From positions 128,001-192,000 of IMG/VR virus record IMGVR_UViG_3300031466_000001: a stretch of 64,000 nucleotides of DNA; one strand, 5' to 3'. This document shows positions 20,261-29,251 of the stretch, piece after piece. This DNA comes from a virus. Taxonomy: Duplodnaviria > Caudoviricetes. A program made the position numbers and the translations under genes. The notes beneath the pieces are model-generated. The model saw only the letters and a list, made by a program, of their open reading frames with translations. It was not told the DNA's origin and did no database searches. Every line of letters starts with the position of its first letter. Position 1 is the first letter of the stretch.

Positions 20261-20927
20261 GGATATTCCCCCATCCATCTCTAATATTAAGATCATACCA
20301 TGTATGAAATAAGTCCAAAAGTTTTTTAAACGCTTCTATATATGGTTCTAGTTCAGTTCTTTGTATAAATTTAGGCTCTGCTTCTCCTTTATTTTTCAAA
20401 AGCAAAATAGCAACCTGATCAACTTGTTTACCTTGTGATTCAAGTATCATACAATAAGCTGCTAGTTGTAAGAACATGGTTGCATAAAATCTCTTAGAGG
20501 TTTTATAATCCAAAATCGTATATTTATCATTTATAAGTCCATAGAAATCACAAGTGCCACCAAATCTATCCGAAACTAAAATTTGCTCAGTAAAAATAGG
20601 TTCTACTTTATTTTTCTTATACCATGAAAGAAATGAATCAAAATACCTAATTACTGTTTGCTTATCTGAATAATCACCAATCCATATGTAATAGTATTTC
20701 ATTACAAAAGCTCTGACTATACCATGAACTAATGTACCAATTCGTGATGTTTCTTCGAGTACATTATCTACATTTATACCCCTAAAGCCCATAATATTGG
20801 CCCATTTAGTTAGAAAAGGTTTATTTAATATCTTCAAAATAGTTGTCACACTTGGAACCTCTATACCATCTTGATTAACATAGATGGTATGATCTTTACT
20901 ATATTTCATTCTACTCATCCTCTTCAA
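20250..20927 (-). CDS. PD-(D/E)XK exonuclease
   Basis: PSVTTIL, GTLVH, GTCD...ILDYKTS, LQLAAY. Confidence 0.85.
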   Translation of the reverse strand: MKRMSRMKYSKDHTIYVNQDGIEVPSVTTILKILNKPFLTKWANIMGFRGINVDNVLEETSRIGTLVHGIVRAFVMKYYYIWIGDYSDKQTVIRYFDSFLSWYKKNKVEPIFTEQILVSDRFGGTCDFYGLINDKYTILDYKTSKRFYATMFLQLAAYCMILESQGKQVDQVAILLLKNKGEAEPKFIQRTELEPYIEAFKKLLDLFHTWYDLNIRDGWGNILEG

Positions 20928-21064
20928 ACTGATCTACTTTTATCCTTATTATTATCTGTAGTATACGGGTTCGGATTTGTCTTTTTACAGTAGTAACAAC
21001 CATAGCTCTTAACATATGGGTTATTTTTTAAACATCTTTCATTGATGAATGGATTCTTTACCAT
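20924..21064 (-). CDS. 46-aa hypothetical protein
   Basis: Manual translation MVKNPFINERC...CYYC...; RBS GAGGTG; fills the operon gap. Confidence 0.5.
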   Translation of the reverse strand: MVKNPFINERCLKNNPYVKSYGCYYCKKTNPNPYTTDNNKDKSRSV

Positions 21065-21078
21065 TTTTGACACCTCAA

Positions 21079-21538
21079 TTATAGTATAACATTCAATATT
21101 CTCAACGACTTCTTCTTAACGTCTTCGTTAATTTTTTTAGTATGATCGCACCAAGCAAGATTTGTATATGTAAACTCACCCATATATTGGTTATCGTCTA
21201 TTATGACAAAATTCTTTACAATGTTTTTATTCTGATCCAACCATTGGCGTATTTCAATAGGTCGAATAGTTTTATCCATTTCTTGAACTAAAATAGGCGT
21301 ACAGCCTATAAATTTATCAACAAGTCCATATTTTCCCAATTCTTCTTTAATTGCCTCTATTGCCCATTCAAAATGGCGCCAATTGGACGAAATAACTATC
21401 CTAGCATCAGCTTCATGTACTATTTCTTTCAAATATTTCATAGCATGTTGTTCGAATGTAATATATCCTCTCTTGTTGGGCGATAGCATCATTTATCACC
21501 CCGTCTATATCCAAAAATATTATATTCAATCTATCCAT
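21079..21538 (-). pseudogene. Frameshifted HAD phosphatase (Swiss-Army-knife RNA-repair type)
   Basis: Motif I (MDRLNIIFLDIDGVIN) from ATG 21538 is out of frame with IVISSNWR...FVIIDD (ORF 21079..21492). Confidence 0.75.
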
Positions 21539-21672
21539 TTTCTCCACCGACTCTCTATGTCGACTCCATAAAGTAACCTTACAATAAAGTTGAGAATAAA
21601 ATTTATTAGTAGAAATTTTAATATCAAAATCTTATAACCCATGTGGGAGAATTAATAACTACGGTCTTCTTT

Positions 21673-21684
21673 AACAATCTATTA
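21673..21684 (+). promoter_or_regulatory. Late promoter AACA-N6-TA (AR9-like)
   Basis: AACAATCTATTA upstream of 21715; same motif at 1279, 4209, 6732, 12557, 28097, 32622, 58226, 61630. Confidence 0.7.
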
Positions 21685-21714
21685 ATATTAATCTGAGAAA
21701 GGTGGCTTAAAAGG

Positions 21715-22665
21715 ATGGCGACAAAATCTGCCGAATCAACCTTTGTATACAGGAATCTCAATTCCGGTGATGCCCTTAGTTTGGCAGTCTTAAATATTAT
21801 TCAAAACGGTATTCCTCTTACAAAAATTAATCTTGAAGAAGCATTTATCATTATCAATAAAAACTTCAAGTATCCTCTGAAACTTAAGGTTTTAGAAGCG
21901 GTTGAAGATGGTACTATTCGTCTTATCTACTCTCCAACAAAAACCAGAGTCCCGACATGTCTTCCGTTTTTCTTAACTAAAGATCAAAGTGGTAAAATTG
22001 TGGCCTTTGTCCTCGTTGACCTCTACGGAAGACTTAACCCGGATACGATGGTTGTAAATATTGATCCGAAAAAGCTTTATACTATTATGGAGGCCGCTCT
22101 GTTAGCCATTACCTACCATCAAAGACATAGGGAAATTTCTAAACGTAACATTATCATCACCAATGGTGCCTTGATTTATTCTAACATGTTTGCTAGGGTC
22201 CTTAATAAGAAATATGCACTCAATGCAGACAAAAGTAGGTTACACAAAGTCCAGTTCCTTGCTTCTAAATTCTATATGCTTAACGTTCTTGGATTGGAAG
22301 ACAATGATATTACTCTTAACTATGCTCTCAAAAGTGTACCAAACGGTAATGTTTTCCAACTGAGAGAAGTTAACTCTGCTTTTGATGACAAAAACTATGA
22401 GGATCTGGGGACTTTTATTAAAGGTCTTACTGATCCTAATCTGAATCTTGGTCTCAAGGACCTTACAGTTAGAGGTTATCTTGAGGCATTCATCACGATG
22501 TACGACGGATCTGCTTTATTTGCTCTCGAACTCTTCCCGTACTTTGTATACACAGTTAATTCCGTAATAAATGGTGCATACCTCAATAATCAATATGTGC
22601 TTGAAGACATTGTTGATAAACATGGTGCTAAAATTTATGTCGATCTTATCGACTTTGTCCGCTAA
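21715..22665 (+). CDS. Putative virion structural protein
   Basis: 316-aa ORF with late promoter at the start of the + strand late cluster. Confidence 0.6.
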   Translation: MATKSAESTFVYRNLNSGDALSLAVLNIIQNGIPLTKINLEEAFIIINKNFKYPLKLKVLEAVEDGTIRLIYSPTKTRVPTCLPFFLTKDQSGKIVAFVLVDLYGRLNPDTMVVNIDPKKLYTIMEAALLAITYHQRHREISKRNIIITNGALIYSNMFARVLNKKYALNADKSRLHKVQFLASKFYMLNVLGLEDNDITLNYALKSVPNGNVFQLREVNSAFDDKNYEDLGTFIKGLTDPNLNLGLKDLTVRGYLEAFITMYDGSALFALELFPYFVYTVNSVINGAYLNNQYVLEDIVDKHGAKIYVDLIDFVR

Positions 22666-22909
22666 ATAAAGGAAATGTGCATAAGGACAAGGGCTTAGAG
22701 TCATTATAGCCCGTCCTTATGCACATCTTTTTTGTACATTTACGTAATAAAAAAAAGTATAACTATATTTTTCATTTTATTTTTTAATAAGAAAGGGGAG
22801 GTTGAAAATGAAAAAATAATTATTTAGTCCCCCTATAATAAATAATTATTCCATGTAGCCCCCAGATTACCCTCGGGAGGTGCAGGAATTAAAGTACATG
22901 TAATAATGA

Positions 22910-23266
22910 TTGAAGCCTATGGACATGTACAGAGAGAAAAAAATGTCGGAGGGGAGCGCGAGTGTTATGGTCGATCCATCAACTGTCGGGGGCTGGGCTG
23001 AACTCATCGACAAGTATGGTTTTGTCTTAATTTTTGCAATCGTAAGTGGTGTGATCAACCTTTATTTTGTAACTCAAATTATACGAGGAAAACTTGTTCC
23101 TTATAGTATCCATAAGAGAAGTCTAGAGGAAGCTGATAGACTTCAAAAATCCATGGAAAAAGAACGTGCTCAGTACATGTCTAAATTGTTAGAATTTATG
23201 GGCGGACTTAAGCCTCATAAGGGGGACCCAAACAATGATGGAAAATATAGTGAGAGGTCAAAATGA
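22910..23266 (+). CDS. Membrane protein, holin-like (lysis cassette)
   Basis: One TM segment after LIDKYGF plus coiled C-terminus; true start probably 22967. Confidence 0.55.
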   Translation: MKPMDMYREKKMSEGSASVMVDPSTVGGWAELIDKYGFVLIFAIVSGVINLYFVTQIIRGKLVPYSIHKRSLEEADRLQKSMEKERAQYMSKLLEFMGGLKPHKGDPNNDGKYSERSK

Positions 23267-23453
23267 AAGTTTTCTCACTAGACTTCTACTTAAATTCTCA
23301 CCAGGACTGGCTAGGGAGAAACAAAAGGTAGATAGTATGTGTCATAAATCAGATATTATCATTAAGCAGTATTCTGAATTGAGTAAAGAAATTAGAGACG
23401 AGGTTGATAGAAACCACTTTTCGACATTGCTCAATTACGAAAAGAGAGCATAG
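23235..23453 (+). CDS. Hypothetical protein in lysis cassette
   Basis: ORF with RBS AGGGGG, overlaps the previous gene. Confidence 0.55.
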   Translation: MMENIVRGQNESFLTRLLLKFSPGLAREKQKVDSMCHKSDIIIKQYSELSKEIRDEVDRNHFSTLLNYEKRA

Positions 23454-23464
23454 TCATCTTCTAA

Positions 23465-23881
23465 ATGGGGGAGAAATACATGTTCCTACTTATTCCTGAA
23501 GAATTTCTACCCCTAATGTTGTTAATCTACACCATAGAGTTTGCTCTAATAATTGCAGCATTAGTGTTTTTAATTGATCATCTAATAATGAAATACAAAA
23601 AAGGTTTTATTAGTGTCTTTATGGGCACATTAGCAATTCATTTCATATCTTTGGGTATATCTACCCTATCTGCTTTTCTTATCAATATTAGCGAGGAAAA
23701 CAATTTTTCAGACAATATATTATTTCTTATCTGGTTACTGTTAATTTTATCGAACATTGTTATGAGTATAACTTTTCTTATTATGATCTTTTTCTTTATT
23801 ACAAAAAGATTTGACATCTACATCACTAAATTGAGGAATGTAAATACATTAAAGGAGGATGAGAAGGATGTTGACAAATGA
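23465..23881 (+). CDS. Three-TM membrane protein
   Basis: Three long hydrophobic segments; upstream of holin and endolysin. Confidence 0.65.
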   Translation: MGEKYMFLLIPEEFLPLMLLIYTIEFALIIAALVFLIDHLIMKYKKGFISVFMGTLAIHFISLGISTLSAFLINISEENNFSDNILFLIWLLLILSNIVMSITFLIMIFFFITKRFDIYITKLRNVNTLKEDEKDVDK

Positions 23882-24161
23882 GTACAACGATCTCATTACG
23901 CTGATCGCAGAGAATCCCGATCTTGCTCTGATCCCTATTGCTTTGCTCATCGGTAAAGCGGTAAAAATGAGCAAGATTAAGGACGAATTTATTCCGATCA
24001 TCGTACTCGTAATTTCTTCGATCATTGGGTTTTTGATCGGAGGAGCGGATACCATTGCTGCTATCAAAGGTCTTGTCGCTGGTTTTGTTGCAGTTGGCGG
24101 CACTAGTGCTCTCAAACAACTTAACAAAGCTTCTTCCAATAGAAAAAATAATTCTGGATAG
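23859..24161 (+). CDS. Holin
   Basis: LIGKAVK...IKDEFIPII....G......AIKGLVAG..AVG pattern of Firmicute phage holins; precedes the endolysin. Confidence 0.8.
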   Translation: MRRMLTNEYNDLITLIAENPDLALIPIALLIGKAVKMSKIKDEFIPIIVLVISSIIGFLIGGADTIAAIKGLVAGFVAVGGTSALKQLNKASSNRKNNSG

Positions 24162-24261
24162 GAATAACACAATATAAGATGGATGGTCTCTGCTCTAATT
24201 GCGATCATCCATCTTATAAATAATTTTTTAACACATAATACTAAAAGAGGGAGGGATAAAA

Positions 24262-25287
24262 TTGGCAAATTATAAAGCAAAAGTTGCTTGGGATGCCGGA
24301 CATCTTGAAGATACCTTCGAGGTGGAAGGTGGAAAAGGCGTTATTGTCAATGGTGAAAAATTTGAAGAACATTGGTTCAATCTTGCAGTAGCTAAGAAAG
24401 CTGCCGAACTTGGCAAATATAATGGTATTGAACCGGTGTTAACACATGAAGCTCTTGCTGGTAAATCTAAAGATAATCTAACGACTCGCACCAATAAAGC
24501 TAAATCTGAGAAAGTTGACCTCTTGTTCAGTATTCACGCTGATGCCAGCGGTAACGCAAATGCTAAAGGTCACTGGGTCTTCTACTGGCACGCTGATACC
24601 AAAGCCAAAAAGTTAGCTGAAATTTGGGATAAGTGGGCTGACAAACTTCTTCCCAATAACGACAGAAATACCGTAGCTTGTTCTCCTAATTCGTGGGCAA
24701 ACTTCCACATGTGTCGTGTTCCCGCTTCCTACGGTATTCCTGCAATCCTTATTGAACATGCATTTATGACAAACCTTGAAGATCTTGCTTATCTTAAAAG
24801 TGAGGAATTTCGTGATCTCTGTGCTGAAGCTGCAGTTCGTGCTGCTTGTGAGTATCTTGGTATTCCTTTTAGTAAACCTCCTGCATCTGCACCTACGAAA
24901 CCTTTTGAAAAAGATCCGAGTGTCAAGTTCATTGACGTCCCCAAAGGTCATTGGGCAGTAAACGCTATCAAACTGGTTTCGGATGAAAGTATTATTAATG
25001 GTTTCACTGACGGGCGCTTCGGTATTGGTGAAGATGTGACCCGTGAACAACTGGCAGTTGTCATCTGCAATTTGATCACTAGTAGAAAGGTTAAGGTGAT
25101 TAACATGGGTAAACCCACCAAATTCACGGATGTCCCCGACAATCACTGGGCAAAAACTTCTATTGACGTTGTAAGTGCTGCTGGTATCATGGAGGGTTAT
25201 CCCGACGGCCGTTTCGGTCTCGGCAATACCGTGAAACGCGAAGAACTTGCTGTGGTTGTTTCGAGACTTATTGATACTAAAAAATAA
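24262..25287 (+). CDS. Endolysin: N-acetylmuramoyl-L-alanine amidase (Amidase_3) with two SLH domains
   Basis: WDAGH, E, FSIHAD, ILIEHAF; two repeats F.DVP..HWA..I.......GF/YPDG.FG....VTRE.LA. Confidence 0.92.
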   Translation: MANYKAKVAWDAGHLEDTFEVEGGKGVIVNGEKFEEHWFNLAVAKKAAELGKYNGIEPVLTHEALAGKSKDNLTTRTNKAKSEKVDLLFSIHADASGNANAKGHWVFYWHADTKAKKLAEIWDKWADKLLPNNDRNTVACSPNSWANFHMCRVPASYGIPAILIEHAFMTNLEDLAYLKSEEFRDLCAEAAVRAACEYLGIPFSKPPASAPTKPFEKDPSVKFIDVPKGHWAVNAIKLVSDESIINGFTDGRFGIGEDVTREQLAVVICNLITSRKVKVINMGKPTKFTDVPDNHWAKTSIDVVSAAGIMEGYPDGRFGLGNTVKREELAVVVSRLIDTKK

Positions 25288-25389
25288 TAAAATAAAGGAT
25301 ATCGCCATAAGGTGATATCCTTTATTTTTTTCTAATCTTCTGTTTAGTAGAACTTTATAGTAAATATGTTTTATAGGAGGTCGGAAAAT

Positions 25390-28038
25390 ATGAGCGGACA
25401 ATATACTGGTCCAGATGAAATATTATATAAAGATGCAATGACATATGACACTTTTGAAGTAAAAGCTATGGAAGAAGCTCTCCATGATCTGAAGATAAAT
25501 GCATTTAAATATCTTTATGATGCACAGAAAGATCTGGCTGATGTGCATCGGTTTGATCTTAAGATGAGCGATCTGGTAAGGACAAAGGTAAAGAAAACTG
25601 ATACCGGTTTCAATTCTTACGTAGGTTTCTTGAATAGAAATTTCATTACCGAAAAACAAAGACACGCTTTTAAACAATCTCAATTCTACAACAGCGAAAT
25701 TAGTATCCATGATACTGCAGCCAACCCAAGTTTATTTGCTTATACGTTTCTCGTGTTCATAAACGGGAAATTCTATGATAATATAAAGATTTTTTGTGAT
25801 GAAGATAAAACCTATCTAGTCTTCAATGTCATCACCAGTGGTACAGATGGAATACCTAAGGATCTTTTTGATAGTCTTCTTGCTGAAGATGCCAACATTA
25901 CCGTATTTTTTGTCCCCAACTGTGCTTACGGTATCTATACAACTAATAGATACGTTTTGCTTAAATATAAAGATAATCTTGCCTTGAATAGATTCAATAT
26001 TGAAAACAGCTTAGGTACTGAACAATCGTACCTGACTTTCATCAATGATAATGATCTTCTCTTCGAGGGTGTAGTAGTAAATACTGTAAAATCAGGAGAT
26101 ATGCTTAGATTTACTGATGAAAATATCAACGACTTCCAGAATAGATATGTGCATCTCAATATTTTTGGTTTTAGGCATTTACTTGATCAAATTGATTTAC
26201 CGGGAACCCAAAAATTCTTCTCATTACCTGTAATGGATATGCCGATACCTGTTGAAAATATGATTATCTTTAAAAACACGCCTGATGGAAAGAAAGTATT
26301 CGCGCATGATATTGAAACAAAGATGTATTATCCCAACGTGTATGAAATTTTAAATAATGACGATGATGAAGATCTTACTATCTATGTTTTTTATTTCGAT
26401 GACACTCCAGTATCCGGAGGTTATCCTAAATATAAAGATGAAATTGCTCTCTACCGGGCAACTATGAATCTGACAGCGGACGATTACCCACTTAACGTTC
26501 CGGAAATTATCAAAAATTATGATCCTGAGTCATTGATCTATGGTATTAAAGATTTTATCAATTCTGAAGACCATCCTAATCATTTGACGTATAAAGTAAA
26601 TAAACTTAAGGAATGGATTAGAAAAGATCCATCAAGAATGGTCTCATATCTTATAAAGCAAGTTAATACTTCCAATTCGTTCTACATTGATTGCTCGGAT
26701 ATAAATCTGGCTGAAAAATATAGGACGAATAACTACAGTGAAGTTAAATATGAATATGAAAAGAAAGAATTTAATGAGCCTAGGTATGTTTTTGTCCTTC
26801 GGAGATATTATAATATCGATGAAATTTATTATCGATTCTTTATTGATGGTAATAACTATTATCCTGATGAGGTTTATGTCGATGATTTTTATGAATACTA
26901 TTATATTCCTATTACTCTTATTACCAACACAAGTCTTATTGAAGTTGAGAAATTTGAAACCTTTGATCTTCATCAGGATATAGTATTTGATGAAGTTGAT
27001 GAGAAAAAAGAAGTCGATCTCAATAAGAATATTCAAATTTATGCAAGCGATATCTTCTTTGTTAATTCTGAAACACAAGAATTTATTGATAAATCGAAAT
27101 TTAAAATATCGTATGTAGACGTTTTTGAAATAGAATTACCTACAAATTCATTCAAAAAGATACCAACTAAATTTTATGTGACTCTATTAGATCCATCCCT
27201 TGAAGGAGTTAATATTACTGTAAGAGTCAAGCAGTTCTTCCAGATTAAACACTATAAAATTAATAATGAAGAAGATAAAGGTGAAGCGTTCAATCTTATA
27301 ATTGCAGCAGAAAACGATAAATCTAATATTAGAGTGTTTAAGAATGGGCGTCTTCTTCCCAATAACTATATTCATTTCTATCCATCTCTCACTTACGGTG
27401 GAACCAGCGTCGTTTTACCTGGTATTACTAGAGAAATTGGGGAAGAATATGTAGTGGACTACACACCGTATAAATATGAAGTCGTTTATAGTGCTAACAC
27501 TATACCCAATACTGGACTTATTGATCTGAGCGGTCTCATTGATAAACCGTTTGATCTGAAATGGTTTGATGTCTACGTCAATGGCAGAAAATTAACTAAA
27601 GATAATATTGAGATTATTTCATCGACGATTATTCTTGTGAAAAATGTACAAAGTGTAAAGAATTTTTATATCTATCAAAAGAACAGAGGTGCAGAATATT
27701 TTACCTTCGATATAAGTACTAATCCCGGATTTGATAATTTTATTTGGACAACTATTGAAGATTTTCGAGATGCATTTATGGAAGGTAAACCTCTTCTCGA
27801 TGACATTGAGCAAGATATTATCAGTGATATCGTTGATATTATATCCATTGAAAGATCTGCGTTCTTTGAAGAATTTATAAAAGCTATTAAAATAATTAAT
27901 CCTGATTTATATCAGATTCCTGATATATATAAGACCAGATATTCGTCTATCTTTCAAGGTAACGTCGCTGTCTTAAATCCTGATGATAGTGATCCAATGG
28001 CTACCGGTCTTAAAGTTTTCCCCGATGAGGATTTATAA
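25390..28038 (+). CDS. Large virion structural (baseplate/tail) protein
   Basis: ~880-aa beta-rich ORF with repeated VF(I/K)NG motifs; AACT-N6-TA at 25351-25362. Confidence 0.65.
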   Translation: MSGQYTGPDEILYKDAMTYDTFEVKAMEEALHDLKINAFKYLYDAQKDLADVHRFDLKMSDLVRTKVKKTDTGFNSYVGFLNRNFITEKQRHAFKQSQFYNSEISIHDTAANPSLFAYTFLVFINGKFYDNIKIFCDEDKTYLVFNVITSGTDGIPKDLFDSLLAEDANITVFFVPNCAYGIYTTNRYVLLKYKDNLALNRFNIENSLGTEQSYLTFINDNDLLFEGVVVNTVKSGDMLRFTDENINDFQNRYVHLNIFGFRHLLDQIDLPGTQKFFSLPVMDMPIPVENMIIFKNTPDGKKVFAHDIETKMYYPNVYEILNNDDDEDLTIYVFYFDDTPVSGGYPKYKDEIALYRATMNLTADDYPLNVPEIIKNYDPESLIYGIKDFINSEDHPNHLTYKVNKLKEWIRKDPSRMVSYLIKQVNTSNSFYIDCSDINLAEKYRTNNYSEVKYEYEKKEFNEPRYVFVLRRYYNIDEIYYRFFIDGNNYYPDEVYVDDFYEYYYIPITLITNTSLIEVEKFETFDLHQDIVFDEVDEKKEVDLNKNIQIYASDIFFVNSETQEFIDKSKFKISYVDVFEIELPTNSFKKIPTKFYVTLLDPSLEGVNITVRVKQFFQIKHYKINNEEDKGEAFNLIIAAENDKSNIRVFKNGRLLPNNYIHFYPSLTYGGTSVVLPGITREIGEEYVVDYTPYKYEVVYSANTIPNTGLIDLSGLIDKPFDLKWFDVYVNGRKLTKDNIEIISSTIILVKNVQSVKNFYIYQKNRGAEYFTFDISTNPGFDNFIWTTIEDFRDAFMEGKPLLDDIEQDIISDIVDIISIERSAFFEEFIKAIKIINPDLYQIPDIYKTRYSSIFQGNVAVLNPDDSDPMATGLKVFPDEDL

Positions 28039-28143
28039 TAAAGAAATAAGAGATCCCCTATACAAGTCTTTTGTATGGGGGGTTCTCTTTTTTGAAAACA
28101 TTATAATAAATTATTGGATGTCTGTGTAAAGGAGGATACAGTC

Positions 28144-28764
28144 ATGGCTGATATGAATAGGTTTGCTGTTTCTGCTCTTAGTAGAGACAGAAAGGCAGAA
28201 GCATTGCCTGAAGAACTATTAGTTCATAAACCGACAGGTCAAATGCTGATTAAAAGACCGGATGGTCGTATTATATCATATGATAAAATTTCACGTCTTA
28301 AAACTCATATAGATTTTTTAGAATCCAGTCATAGTATTATTGGTATCGATGGTGATCTCTGTCTGTTGGAATTGGATCACATAGAACTACCGAATACTGT
28401 ACAATATGAATCTAATATACTTGACAACCCTCTTACTTTAGGCGATTCACCTGTATCGAAAATTTTAATATCCATGGATATTGATTGTATGGAATTTGTA
28501 AATGGGGAAGCTTTTATCTTAAGAGATCTTCCAAGCATCAGGTTCGAATTCGAATTTGTTGATGAAAATGATCAAACTCATTCTGTAACTAAAACTGTAC
28601 CTCTAAATAAACTATCGACAAATATTTTTAATGTATTGAATTACAGTCCTAATTCTACGCCTATGAATGCAACACTAAATGGTATTTACATTGAAGAAAA
28701 TCCTTCTAACGTTGGTAAGGTTTTGGAAAATATACTGCATAGTATATTAATTATTTTAGAATAA
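28144..28764 (+). CDS. Putative tail-associated protein
   Basis: Late promoter at 28097-28108, RBS AAGGAGG. Confidence 0.6.
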   Translation: MADMNRFAVSALSRDRKAEALPEELLVHKPTGQMLIKRPDGRIISYDKISRLKTHIDFLESSHSIIGIDGDLCLLELDHIELPNTVQYESNILDNPLTLGDSPVSKILISMDIDCMEFVNGEAFILRDLPSIRFEFEFVDENDQTHSVTKTVPLNKLSTNIFNVLNYSPNSTPMNATLNGIYIEENPSNVGKVLENILHSILIILE

Positions 28765-28783
28765 AAAGGCGGGTGATTTTTAT

Positions 28784-29218
28784 ATGGCAACTTTAAGAAA
28801 ATTAAAAAACTTCAGCGAAAATAACCTAACAACATTGGATAAAATTATCGCTATAACTCTCGGAGATTCCGATATAGATTGGTATGATGAAACCAAAATT
28901 TATAATGCCGATGATTTAATTATTAGGGTAAATCCTTCTACTGGGAAGAAGGAGATTTTATCTTGTAAAAAATCCGGGGCGACTGGTCCATTTGATATTA
29001 ATGATTGGCAAGTTGTAAACATGACCAATATTTCATCAACTAGCGTAATCCCAGTATCTGAAGAAGAACCTCCGAATCCAAAACCGAATATGATTTGGTT
29101 TAAAAATATGGGGGAGTCACCAGATTTCGGTGACAACATTATAATAATTATAGGTAATGTTAGTCTCGACGGAACAACCGAATTTTGGTTTGATTCCAAT
29201 AACAGAGACGGCGAATAG
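28784..29218 (+). CDS. Putative tail-fibre adaptor protein
   Basis: W/Y-rich carbohydrate-binding-like segment and a VSEEEPPNPKPNMIWF adaptor motif. Confidence 0.55.
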   Translation: MATLRKLKNFSENNLTTLDKIIAITLGDSDIDWYDETKIYNADDLIIRVNPSTGKKEILSCKKSGATGPFDINDWQVVNMTNISSTSVIPVSEEEPPNPKPNMIWFKNMGESPDFGDNIIIIIGNVSLDGTTEFWFDSNNRDGE

Positions 29219-29251
29219 AAAAACAGTAAAAGAAAGGGGGTAAGATGAGAA

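Noticed and set aside
20250-20927. Cas4 / CRISPR adaptation gene
   Set aside because: Lacks the Fe-S cysteines and sits in a replication operon; generic phage PD-(D/E)XK exonuclease
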